From contig CM126226.1 in assembly GCA_052327205.1 (NCBI GenBank), forward strand, positions 29,388,001-29,452,000: DNA of 64,000 nt, in the 5' to 3' direction. The position numbers and the translations under genes were made by a program. Below are positions 1 to 11,052 of the stretch, piece after piece. The DNA is from Somniosus microcephalus. Its lineage: Eukaryota. The first letter of the stretch is position 1, and each line of letters begins with the position of its first letter. Below the pieces are notes generated by a model, which did not search any database, had not been told where the DNA came from, and was given only the letters and a program-made list of their open reading frames with translations.

Positions 1-95
1 AAAGAGGTAGGTTTTAAGGAAAGGTGTTAAAGGAGGAGAGAGGTGTGGAGAGGTTTAGGGAGGGAACTCCAGAGCTTAGGGCCCAGGCAGCTGAA
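1..95 (-). mobile_element. L2-type LINE 3' region fragment
   Basis: Reverse complement matches the element at 690-810 (GGAATTCCCT..CCTAAACC..CCACCTCTC..TTTAAAACCTACC). Confidence 0.55.
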
Positions 96-289
96 ATTAT
101 TACTGGTGCATTAATTTTTTCGGCTGCTTGCTACTGTTTTTCTGCATTCAGCACTGCTTTGGTGCATACCTCCAACAGCAGTGCCACCAGACCCCCGGCC
201 TGCCCGCCCGCCCTCTGCAGCTGCACGCACAATGCTCAGCTGTGGGCTTTTCATTGGGTTTGCCAGTGGCTGGCCTGGATTAGGAGGTG

Positions 290-445
290 GAAGAGGAGAT
301 CCTGATGAAGGAAGAAAGGCAGGTGTGCTTGCACCTCAAGAGTCTGGTGCTCACCTACAGGTAGCCCTGGACTTAATGATATGGCCCAGGCACCACTACC
401 TAGGTGTGTATGAAGAGACCTGTCTTCACTTTCTATGTTGATCAC
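290..445 (+). pseudogene. Degenerate PIF/Harbinger transposase, N-terminal part
   Basis: Translation PRHHYLGVYEETCL resembles the YRPRxxYLxxSEExCL segment that precedes REAVTxxCHLL in HARBI1-like transposases. The continuation is at ~1850. Confidence 0.4.
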
Positions 446-990
446 CCTGGAGAGCAAAGGCAACCCCTAGCTTCTTTTCTCCACTACCAACCGTCTCCTT
501 AAACCGCTCTGCCCTGGCCCCTCCACCCTCCCGTCCAACAAGCTCAAGAAGTTCATCGACTTCTTTGTCACTAAAATTGAGACCATCTGTTCAGCTGCCT
601 CTGCTGCTCCCTACTTTTGCTTTTCCCAAACCACTCCCTCTGTATTTCCGACTCTAGCCTCTTGTGCATCCCCAATCCCTTCATCCCACCATTGGCAGCC
701 ATGCCTTTAGTCGCCTAAGCCCACTTGCTGGAATTCCCTGCCTAAGCCCCTCCACCTCTCGACCTCCCTCGCCTTCTTTAAGACACTCTTTAAAACCTAC
801 CACTTGGACCAAGCTTTTGGTCAATACCTCCTAATATCTCTTTCTTTGGCTCAGTGTCTTTTTTTTAAATTGCGCCTCTGTGAAGCTCCTTGGGCTGATT
901 CCCATGTTCAAAGGTGCTATATAAATGCAAGTTGTTGTATACTGAGATCGCGATAGGCGCTATATAAATGCAAGTCGTTCTTTCTTTACA
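445..990 (+). mobile_element. L2-type LINE fragments with 3' tail
   Basis: Ends in AAAGGTGCTATATAAATGCAAGTTGTTGT, followed by a second copy of the tail. The same tail is carried by the DeuSINE copies in this window. Confidence 0.6.
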
Positions 991-1195
991 ATGGGATGAA
1001 CGTGCTGAAGGATGAGAATCATTCTGAATAAACAATACCCCGTTGAAGTATTAAGTACATTAATTATTATATAAGATACAATAAACAAACACTTGGAGAG
1101 GATGAATGTAATTGGAATACCCAACATGGTCCAAGGTCAACCCTCAAGCTTTTGGGCATCCCTTCTTCATTGACTCAGCATCCATTTATTTAAGA

Positions 1196-1790
1196 CTAGC
1201 TGGGGGGGCCTGGCGTTGCCAGGGCAGTTTAGAGGGCCGCGCGGTTGACGGCCGGCCGCTGCTGCTCCCCCGCTCTGTGTCTCGGGCTGCGCGGTTGATG
1301 GCCAGCCGCTGCCGCTCCCCCGCTCTGTGTCTCGGGCTAAGCGGCTCTGAGGCCCGGCCCGAGTGACCCCAACTCACCTCCCGCTCCGGCGGGCCGACGC
1401 AGCTGCCCCGCTCACTGTTGAGGAAAAGCAGGGAAAAAATGGCGGGTACGTTTCGGGAGGCTGCAGGATTAGGTCCCGCCCGTGACGCACCGATTGGTCA
1501 ACCATCAGGTCACTGAACTGTAGAATTGGTCAACCATCATGTCACTCAACGCTAATGAGCGGTAGGATTGGTCAACCGCTAATGAGCGGATTTTTGAACG
1601 TTTTTTGTATGCTGTCCGAACAATTTTTGTCTGACCAAAAAGTAAATATGCGTATGACACTCCCCTGATCATCAGCTTTCTTTTGATATAACATATGTGT
1701 AGGTGCGCTCTATAACTTTTGAGTGTATAGTGGACATACAGACATACAGACAGACGGACAGACAGACAGACAGACGGACAGACGGACAGG
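1196..1790 (-). mobile_element. Non-autonomous Helitron-like element (5' end unclear)
   Basis: Minus-strand 3' CTAG (1196-1199) followed by T, a subterminal GC hairpin (GCCTGGC-GTT-GCCAGG), and a (GACA)n tract near the 5' end. The core (~1490-1790) is homologous to the units at 17134-20500. Confidence 0.7.
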
Positions 1791-1847
1791 CACTGCTTGG
1801 GACATTTTTCTGTGTTAAAGTTGCATTTAAGTTGTAGTAGTTGTTGC

Positions 1848-2240
1848 TTATCAGGGAAGCAGTCACCAAGACGTGCCATTTACTGAAGCCTTCCCTGCAG
1901 ACTGCACACAGCATTGGGATAGCCCTGCCCGTTGCAGTCGAAGCCATCACCACATTGAACTTTTGCGCCATTGTCTCGTTTCAAGCCACCACTGGTGACG
2001 CGTGCCAGAATCAGTCAGATGTCTATACACTGGGGCAAGTCACTGCAGCCTGCTGTCAGGAGCAACACATCCATCACTTTCCCCATGGAATGGAGAAAAG
2101 AACTTGGGTGATGCTGCACTTCTGCCAGTGGCTGGGGTTTCAAAAGTGCAGGGCCCCATTGATGGTACCTACATAGCGATCAGTTTGCTTAATAATAATC
2201 CTGTGGTATATTTGAATTGCAAAGAATTCGGAAATCCTGG
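1848..2240 (+). pseudogene. Degenerate PIF/Harbinger (HARBI1-like) DDE transposase
   Basis: Frameshifted peptides REAVTKTCHLL..ALPVAVEAITTLNFCAIVSFQATTGD and KVQGPIDGTYIAI..NPVVYLNCKEF match the IDGTH and YxNRKG motifs of Harbinger transposases. Confidence 0.7.
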
Positions 2241-3544
2241 GATCAGCTTGTTTAAATAATGCTGGCAGGACATTCCATTGGTTTGCTCAATTCTTATTCT
2301 TGAATTGATGTGTTTCATTGTACTGCTCCTCTCCAGCATTGGTGGTCCGACAAGGAGGCTTCATGAGCCATGGGGGTAGTGGATACCCCTTGTGACCCAT
2401 CAGCCATCCTGCCCCTTACACTTGCTGTTGAAATAGAGTTGGGACACTGGACCGACAAAGTATAAAAGCATCATGACAGCTCCCAGCATGTTGCGAATTC
2501 ACGTGCAGAAAGCGATGTAAAGGAGCTACACATTTAGGGAATGGAAGCCTTTGCAGTTCATATATTTATAGGAGCTTACTTTTGGGTCTCGTGATGCTGC
2601 ATGAATGCAATCAAAAGCCTCCACAGCCCTGGGGAATCCAGCAATTCCGAAAAATGTTATGGCCCTCTGAGTCATCTGTCGTATTATATAAATTTTGCTG
2701 CCCTGGCAAAGAGGTCATTGGTGATTTGTCTCATAGAGAAGTACACAGCAAATTGCCACAAGTCCCCTGTGGCTGCCCAGCATGAGTGTGTGGCACAACA
2801 GTTGAGAGCTGTCGTCACGTTCTGTGCCACAGTGAGAGCTGTATGTGCTGTGGATCTGGCCGCAGTAACAAACTGAGCTCCTTCAAATCTTCATGATTGC
2901 AACCTCCTGTGACAGAGCAACTGGGAATGGTCTCAGATAGTGCTCTTGTGTCTATACGTCTTGCTGGATGGGTAGTGCCAGGAGGGTCTGGCTCTCCTCT
3001 GATGGTGCCTGATTAATCTGCTTTCCCTTGCTGTTATCTGCTACTGCTCCTCCTCTGGTATATAGATCATATAAAATGGGATTCCCATTGGGAAGCCCAT
3101 TGTTAACCCTCAGCTCCTGGCTCAGTAACTGTGTTGAAATAGAATGCTTTCCAAGAGTAATGCAAACTGTGGGGAAGGCTTCCTGCAGTGAGTTCAAGAT
3201 ATGCCCAAAAATCTCCACAAGCAATGTCAGTTGAGCAGTGTCGCTTTTACCAAGTACCTCCTGCCTCGATGAACAGGGTCCTGGCAGACTGCACCTTTCA
3301 AACAGTGGTGCCCATTCTGAAGGCCAGATGGGAAGTCGTGGATTTTAGGACAGGTGGCATCAGCTTGTCCTAACTCCATCATTTTTCATGTGACTGCCAC
3401 TGGAAGGGGGGACTTCTTCTGCACACCCTGAACCCAAAAAGAATTTACGCTAGGGTGCTGCTCCAATTGAAGTCTGGCGTACGTCAGCCCATCAGAGATT
3501 TCAGGTCTTGTATAGGTGTAATTGCCAACCTATGCTCTCCCCTA

Positions 3545-3765
3545 ACTCAGGAATCCCATGGCACCTTCCTGTGCAAGCGCGGGAGATGCAACACCTGCCC
3601 TTTTACCTCCACCCTTCCCACTGTCCAGGGCCCCAAGCACTCCTTCCAGGTGAAACAGCGATTTACTTTGTTCCTCAGTAAATAGTTGCCATTTTCAAAA
3701 TAATGGCAACACACGGAAGGTCAGTCAGCATCTGAAAGGGAGAAACAGGTTTCAGCTCAACATTA
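3545..3765 (+). mobile_element. Penelope-like fragment
   Basis: 3560-3670 is near-identical to 7850-7960 (GTFxCKRxRCNT), followed by a decayed pseudo-LTR remnant. Confidence 0.65.
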
Positions 3766-5249
3766 TGATTGTAATGGTCTGGGCTGGGAAAGCAAAGTGC
3801 TCTCACAAAACAAATATTTACCCACTCTGTGCTGTCTTCAGCTCAGTGTGGAAAATACATGTTAGCAGCGAATGTAGAGAAGTAGGGTTACAAACAATAG
3901 AACCACTCCGCTGTGAGTACTAAATGGGTAAACAATATCCATGTTGCTGTATTGGTTGCATAAGACTGGGTGGATTGGCTAAATATTGGACGTCCATGTA
4001 AAGTGATGTTTTATGCTGTTACAACAGATGAGGCAGTGGTCACCCCCAATTGATGCCCATGGGAACAGAATGTAGGGAGGAACTTGGGGTAATTGTCCCT
4101 GGTGTACGCAGTGATTCTTACCACTCACAGTCATGAGTTAGTGTCTATCATGGTGTCTTCCAATGCCTGTGTGACTCCTGACCAGATATTTGGTACTGGC
4201 AGTAGTCAGGTAATGCTGTCAGCAGACAGGATTTTTTTAATTTTTATTCGTTTATGGGATCAGGGCGTCACTGGCAATGCCAGCATTTATTGCCCATCCC
4301 TAGTTGCCCTTGAGAAGGTGGTGGTGAGCCGCCTTCTTGAACCGCTGCAGTCCGTGTGGTGATGGTACTCCCACAGTGCTGTTAGGTAGGGAGTTCCAGG
4401 ATTTTGACCCAGCGACGATGAAGGATCGTCGATATACTTCTAAGTCAGGATGGTGTGTGACTTGGAGGGGAACTTGGAGGTGGTGGTGTTCCCATGCGCC
4501 TGCTGCCCTTGTCCTTCTAGGTGGAAGAGGTCACGGGTTTGGGAGGTGCTGCCAAAGAAGCCTTGGCGAGTTGCTGCAGTGAATCTTGTAGATGATACAC
4601 ACTGCAGCCATGGTACGCCGCTGGTGGAGGGAATGAATGTTTAAGGTGGTGGATGGGATGCCAATCAAGTGGGCTGCTTTGTCCTGGATGGTGTCGAGCT
4701 TCTTGAGTTTTTGTTGGAGCTGCACTTATCCAGGCAAGTGGAGAGTATTCCATCACACTCCTTACTTACGCCTTGTAGATGGTGGAAAGGCTTTGGGGAG
4801 TCAGGAGGTGAGACACTCGCCGCAGAATACACAGCCTCTGACCTGCTCTTGTTGCCACAGTATTTATGTGGCTGGTCCAGTTAAGTTTCTGGCTAATGGT
4901 GACCCCCAGGATGTTGATAGTGGGGGATTCAGTGATGGTAATGCCATTGAATGTCAAGGGGAGGTGGTTAGACTCTCACTTGTTGGAGATTATCATGTCT
5001 GGCACTTCTGTGGCACGAATGTTACCTGCCACTTATCAGCCCAAGCCTGAACATCGTCCAGGTCTTGTTGCATGCGGGCATGGACTGCTTCATTATCTGT
5101 GGAGTTGTGAATGGCACTGAACACTGTGCAGTCATCAGCGAACATCCCCATTTCTGACCTTATGTTGGAGGGAAGGTCATTGATGAAGCAGCTGAAGATG
5201 GTTGGCCTAGGACACTGCCCTGAGGAACTCCTGCAGCAATGTCCAGGGG

Positions 5250-7052
5250 CTATGATGATTGACCTTCAACCACCACAACCATCTTCCTTTGTGCTAGGTA
5301 TGACTCCAGCCAGTGGAGCGTTTTCCCCCTGATTCCCATTGACTTCAGTTTTACTAGGGCTCCTTGATGCCACACTCGATCAAATGCTGCCTTGATGTCA
5401 AGGGCAGTCACTCTCACCTTATCTCTGGAATTCAGCTCCTTTGTCCATGTTTGGACCAAGGCTGTAATGAGATCAGGAGCCGAGTGGTCTTGGAGGAACC
5501 CAAACTGGGCATCAGTGAGCAGGTTATTGGTGAGGAAGTCCCGCTTGATGGCACTGTCGATGACACCTTCCATCACTTTGCTGATGATTGAGAGTAGACT
5601 GATGGGGCGGTAATTGGCCGGGTTGGATTTGCCCTGCTTTTTGTGGACAGGACATACCTGGGCAGTTTTCCACATTGTCGGATAGATGCCAGTGTTGTAG
5701 CTGTACTGGAACAGCTTGGCTAGAGGCGTGGCTAATTCTGGAGCACAAGTCTTCAGCACGATAGCTGGGATGTTGTCGGGGCCCATAGCCTTTGCTGTAT
5801 CCAGTGCGCTCAGCCGTTTCTTGATATCACATGGAGTGAATTGAATTGGCTGAAGACTGGTTTCTGTGATGGTGGGGACCTCGGGAGTAGGCTGATATGG
5901 CTCATCGACTCGGCACTTCTGGCTGAAGATGGTTGCAAACACTTCAGCCTTGTCTTTTGCACTCATGTGCTGGGCTCCACCATCATTGAGGATGGGGATA
6001 TTCTTGGAGCCTCCTCCTCCTGTTAGTTGTTTAATGGTCCACTGCCATTCACGACTGGATGTGGCAGGACTGCAGAGCTTTGACCTGATCCGTTGATTGT
6101 GGGATTGCTTAGCCCTGTCTATAGCATGCTGCTTCTGCTTTTTAGTATGCATGTACTCCTGTGTTGCAGCTTCCCCAGGTTGGCACCTCATTTTTAGGTA
6201 TGCCTGGTGCTGCTCCTGGCGTGCTCTTCTACACTCCTTATTGAACCAGGGTTGGTCCCCTGGCTTGATTGTAATGGTAGAGTGAGGGATATGCCGGGCC
6301 ATGAGGTTACAGATTGTGGTGGAATACAATTCTACTGCTGCTGATGGCCCACAGCGCCTCATGGATGCCCAGTTTTGAGCTGCTAGAACTGTTTTGAATC
6401 TATCCCATTTAGCACGATGGAGGGTGTTCTCAGTATGAAGACGGGACTTCATCTCCACAATGATTGTGCGGTCGTCACTGCTGCCAATGCTGTCATGGAC
6501 AGATGCATCTGCGACAGGTAGATTGGTGAGGACGAGGTCAAGTAGGTTTTTCCCTCGTGTTGGTTCCCTCACCACCTGTCGCAGGCCCAGGCTGGCAGCT
6601 ATGTCCTTCAGGACTCGGCTAGCTCTGTCAGTAGTGGTGCTACTGAGCCACGCTTGGTGATGGACATTGAAGTCCCCCACCCAGAGTACATTCTGTGCCC
6701 TTGCTACTCTCAGTGTTTCTTCCAAGTGGTGTTCAACATGGAGGAGTACTGATTCATCAGCTGAGGGAGGGCGGTAGGTGGTAATCAGCAGGAGGTTTCC
6801 TTGCCCATGCTTGACCTGAAGCCATGAGACTTCATGGGGTCCGGAGTCAATGTTGAGGACTTCCAGGGCCACTCCTTCCCGAATGTATACCACTATGCCA
6901 CCACCCCTGGTGGGTCTGTCCTGCCGGTGGGACAGGACATACCCGGGGATGGAGGAGTTCGGGACATTGGCTGAAAGGTATGATTCTGTGAGTATGACTA
7001 TGTCAGGCTGTTGCTTGACTAGTCTGTGGGACAGCTCTCCCAATTTTGGCAC
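5250..7052 (-). pseudogene. LINE ORF2 (APE endonuclease + N-terminal RT), 600-aa open segment
   Basis: APE motifs LTES, YRPP, GDFN, LDL, SD. RT motifs KAMGPDNIP, YRPISLL, QFGF, LDIKAAFDRVWH. A premature TAG lies at 5250. The rest (MFADD near 5130-5146) continues with frameshifts to ~4340. Confidence 0.9.
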
Positions 7053-7524
7053 AAGTCCCCAGATGTTGGTGAGGAGGACTTTGCAGGGTTGACTGCGCTG
7101 GGTGTGCCGTTACCATGTCCATAGCCGGTGCCGAGGTCGATGCCGGGTGGTCCGTTTGGTTTCATTCTTATTATTGTGTTTCGTAGCGGTTAGTTATGAC
7201 TGAGTGGCTGCTAGGCCCTTTCAGAGGGCAGTTAAGAGTCAACCACATTGCTGTGGGTCTGGAGTCACATATAGGCCAGACCAGGTAAGGACGGCAGATT
7301 TACTTCCCTGAAGGACATTAGTGAACCAGATGGGTTTTTACGACAATCCGATAGTTTCATGGTTACTGAGAGTAGATTTTTATTCCAGACTTATTTAATT
7401 AACTGAATTTAAATTCCTGAGCTGCCGTGGTGGGTTTTGAACTCACGTCTCTGGATCATTAATAAAAACAGAAAATGCTGGAGAAACTCAGCAGGTCAGG
7501 CAGCATCTGTGAAGAGAGAAACAG

Positions 7525-7561
7525 AGTTAACGTTTCAGGTCGATGACCTTTCGTCAGAACT
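7525..7561 (-). ncRNA. Minimal type I hammerhead ribozyme motif (left pseudo-LTR)
   Basis: AGTT-CTGACGA-A-AGGTC atc GACCT-GAAAC GT T-AACT: core CUGAnGA and GAAA, perfect stem II, palindromic ACGT stem III, and AGTT/AACT stem I. Confidence 0.7.
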
Positions 7562-7940
7562 GGAAAAAGCAGAAAATGGAACAGATTTTTAAGCAAGTGT
7601 AGGGGCTGGGAAATGGGGGAGGGGATGAAAGAACAAAAGGGAAGGTCTGTGATAGGCTGGAAGGCAGGAGAGATTGAGAGACATTAAGAGATATTCAAGG
7701 CAAAAGGAGATGGTAATAGACAGGTTAAGAAACAAAGGATGGCTCGAGATGAAGTGTAAATTGCGCTGGCAGAATGAAAGACAGCTGCCCTGTGGGAGAG
7801 AAGAAAAAAAAGACAAAGAGTGTAGATAAAACACCCCTTCCCCTTCGCCCGGCACCTTCCCGTGCAAGCGCAGGAGATGCAACACATGCCCTTATACCTT
7901 CCCTCTTCCCACTATCCAGGGCCCCAAACACCCCTTCCAG

Positions 7941-8270
7941 GTGAAACAGCAATTTACTTGTACTTCTTGCAATCTAGTATACTGTATTCGCTGCTCACGA
8001 TGTGGTCTCCTCTACATTGGGGAGACCAAACGCAGATTGGGTGACCGCATTACGGAACACCTCTGTTCAGTCCGTAAGGGGGACCCCGAGCTCCCGGTCA
8101 CCTGTCACTTTAATTCACCACCCCACTCCCACTCAGACCTCACTGTCCTCGGCCTCTTGCATTGTTCCACGGAAGTTCAGCATAAGCTCGAGGAACAGCA
8201 CCTCATCTTTCGATTAGGCACTTTACAGCCCTCTGGACTCAACATAGAGTTCAACAATTTCAGATCATAA
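7941..8270 (+). pseudogene. GIY-YIG endonuclease domain (C-terminus of Penelope ORF)
   Basis: NLVYCIRCSRCGLLYIGETKRRLGDRITEH..LEEQHLIFRLGTLQPSGLN. The RT portion is absent. Confidence 0.9.
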
Positions 8271-8571
8271 CCTCGGCCCCTATCACATATATATATATAT
8301 TTTTATCCACACTCTTTGTCTTTTTTTCTTCTCTCCCACAGGGCAGCTGTCTTTCATTCTGCCAGCGCAATTCACACTTCATCTAGAGCCATCTTTTGTT
8401 TCTTAACCTGTCCCATTACCATCTCCTTTTGCCTTGAATATCTCTTAATGTCTCTTAACCTCTCCTGCCTTCTATCCTATCACAGACCTTCCCTTTTGTT
8501 CTTTCATCCCCTCCCCCCTTTACCAGCCTCTTCACTTGCTTAAAAATCTGTTCCATTTCCTGCTTTTTTCC

Positions 8572-8608
8572 AGTTCTGACGAAAGATCATCGACCTGAAA
8601 CGTTAACT
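8572..8608 (+). ncRNA. Minimal type I hammerhead ribozyme motif (right pseudo-LTR)
   Basis: AGTT CTGACGA AAGATCATCGACCT GAAACGTTAACT. Stem II has one mismatch relative to the left copy. Confidence 0.65.
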
Positions 8609-8830
8609 CTGTTTCTCTCTTCACAGATGCTGCCTGACCTGCTGAGTTTCTCCACCATTTTCTGTTTTTATTTCAGATTTCCAGCATCTGCAGTATTTTC
8701 TTTTTGCCTCTGGATCATTAGGCCAGGCCTCTGGATTACTAGCCCAGTGACATTACCACTACGCTACCATTCCCATGTATAGCGCAGCAACAAAGGATAG
8801 ACCGGATAGAACGTGAAGCAGAAGGGAAGT

Positions 8831-9255
8831 GTTTCAGTTAGTCTCAGTTGGAAAGACTCTCTCGCCTCCAGTTCAGAAGGTTTAAGGTAGAGCTGGTAAT
8901 CTAGGCTGGCGCTCCAGTGCAATACTGAGCACATGTTGTGCTGTCGGAGGTGCCGCCGTTCAAATGAGACAGTAAGCCAAAGTCCTGTCTTTCTGCTCAA
9001 GTGGATGTTAAAGATTCCGTGACACTAATCCAGTAAGAGCAGGGAGTTCTCCCAGTTTCTCGTTCAGCATTCTGCCCCCAGGCAGTACCACCAAATAACA
9101 GGTTAACTGGTCATTCATCTCATTGCTATTTGTGGGAAGTTCCTGCTGCAACATGACTTCCACATTCACCGACTCACTGCACTTCAGAGTAATTCATTGT
9201 GGGAAATGCTTTGAAATATTTCATCGTGATACAGCATTATAAAATTACAATTCCA
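8831..9255 (+). mobile_element. tRNA-derived DeuSINE (SacSINE1-like), degenerate
   Basis: Colinear with the better-preserved copies at 10583, 15302 and 48163. Confidence 0.7.
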
Positions 9256-9439
9256 ATTGTTTAGAGAAATTGCTCACAAGTCATGACTGCTGTGAATTCG
9301 CTCCATTCACAAATCCAGCCATGATTTATCTCAAGGGAGAGGTTTTATCCAGAACATTTGAACTGAATGCTGTGGCGATAAGGGTTGCGAGCCCTTACTA
9401 GGCCCACAGTACTGTTCCCTTCACAGCTTCATTGTCCAA

Positions 9440-10570
9440 TCCAGCCCAGTCAATGCTGACAGGGTATAGCAGTCCAGCTAACATTGACAGGATGTATAAC
9501 ACAGCTCAGCCAATGCTGACAGGTTGTATAGTATAGCCCAGCCAACAATAACAAGGTGTATAATACACTGCAGCCAATGCTGATAGGAACACAGGAACAG
9601 GAGCAGGCTATTCGGTCCCTCGAGCCTGCTCCGCCATTCAATTAGATCATGGCTGATCTGTACCTCATCTCCATTTACCTGCCTTAGCTCCATATCTCTT
9701 GAAACCCTTACCTAACAAAAATCTATTGGTCTCAGTCTTGAAAGCTCCAATTGACCCGCATCCACAGACTTCTGGGAGAGAGCATTCCAGATTTCAACTA
9801 CCCTCTGTGTGAAAAAGAGCTTCCTGATTTCGCTCCTGAACGATCTAGCTCTAATTTTAAGATTATGTCCCTCGTTCTTGATTTCCCCACCAGGAGAAAT
9901 CATTTCCCTGTATCTACCCTATCAAATCCTTTTAACATTTTAAACACCTCGATCAGATCATCCCTCGATCTTCTATACTCAACAGAATACAAGCCAAGTT
10001 TATGCAACCTGTCTTCATAATTTAACCTGCTAAGCCCTGGTATCATTCTGTAGGTTGTATGACACTGACAGAGTGTACAACACAGTGCAGGCAACATTGA
10101 CAGGGTATATAACACAACCTAGCCAGCATTGACAGGGTATATAACACAACCTAGCCAGCATTGACAGGGTGTATAACACAACCTAGCCAGCATTGACAGG
10201 GTGTATAACATAACCTAGCCAGCATTGGCAGGGTGTATAACACAAACTAGCCAGCATTGACAGGGTGTATAACACAACCTAGCCAGCATTGATAGGGTGT
10301 ATAACACAACCTAGCCAGCATTGACAGGGTGTATAACACAACCTTGCCAGCATTGACAGGGTGTATAACATAACCTAGCCAGCATTGACAGGGTGTATAA
10401 CACAACCTAGCCAGCATTGACAGGGTGTATAACATAACCTAGCCAACATTGACAGGGTGTATAACACAACCTAGCCAGCATTGACAGGGTGTATAACATA
10501 ATCTAGCCAACATTGACAGGGTGTATAACACAGTGAAGCCAATGCTGCTAGGGTGTATAACACAGTGCAG
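9440..10570. repeat. 32-bp minisatellite (ACACAACCTAGCCAGCATTGACAGGGTGTATA), split by a CR1 insertion
   Basis: About 13 near-identical units at ~10110-10530 (period 32, e.g. starts at 10144 and 10176). Diverged units lie at 9440-9585 and at the edges. Confidence 0.9.
9586..10050 (-). mobile_element. CR1 (HER1-type) LINE 3' fragment
   Basis: RMIPGL..YEDRLHKLGLYS..DLIEVFK and FFTQRVVEIWN, with the CR1 3' UTR hairpin and tail. Confidence 0.9.
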
Positions 10571-10582
10571 TTGCATTGCCAT

Positions 10583-11052
10583 GTGTCAGTCTTGGTTAAG
10601 TGGTAATATTCTCACCTCTGAGTCAGAAGGTCATGGGTCAATCTCCAGTCCAGAGACTTGAGCATGTAATCTGGGTTGACACTTCAGTGCAGTACCGAAG
10701 GAGTGCTGCACTGTTGGAGGTGTTGTCTTTCGGATGAGACGTTAAACCAAGTCCCTGTCTATCCTCTCAAGTGGATGTAAAAGATCCCACGACACTATTT
10801 GAAGAAGAGCAGAGGAGTTTTTCCCGGTATCCTGGCCAATATTTATCCCTCTACCAACATCACTCAAGTTATCGGATTATCTGGTTATTTATCTCATTGC
10901 TGTTTGGGGCACTTTTCTGTGCACAAATGGACTGCTGCGATTCCTACATTACAGCAGTGACTGTACTTTGAAAGTACTTTATTGACTGTAATGTTCTTTG
11001 GGCTGCCCTGAGGTTGTGAAATGCGCTTTATAAAAGTAAGTTCTTTCTTTTT
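10583..11052 (+). mobile_element. tRNA-derived DeuSINE (SacSINE1-like)
   Basis: tRNA-like head, central GATGAGACGTTAAACC..GTAAAAGATCCC domain, and L2-type tail ending in TTCT repeats. Confidence 0.8.

Larger units (their letters stand above)
7462..8707 (+). mobile_element. 5'-truncated Penelope-like retroelement with inverted pseudo-LTRs
   Basis: 13-bp TSD CTCTGGATCATTA (7449-7461 and 8708-8720). Inverted arms at 7462-7831 and 8301-8671 flank a GIY-YIG coding segment. Confidence 0.9.
4231..8775 (-). mobile_element. Near full-length CR1/L2-group non-LTR retrotransposon (APE + RT) with tRNA-like 5' head, interrupted by a Penelope element
   Basis: A-rich 3' tail at ~4231-4250, a single APE-RT coding region, and a 5' UTR at 7100-7461 plus 8708-8775 with A box (8756-8766) and B box (7433-7444). 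Confidence 0.85.

Noticed and set aside
4218-8800. Possible TSD for the whole LINE (CAGCAGACAGGAT versus CAGCAACAAAGGAT)
   Set aside because: Needs several mismatches or indels and an uncertain 5' boundary; too weak to claim.
10065-10570. Regular 32-bp repeats resembling a CRISPR array
   Set aside because: Units are contiguous with no unique spacers, there are no cas genes, and the context is vertebrate; it is a minisatellite.
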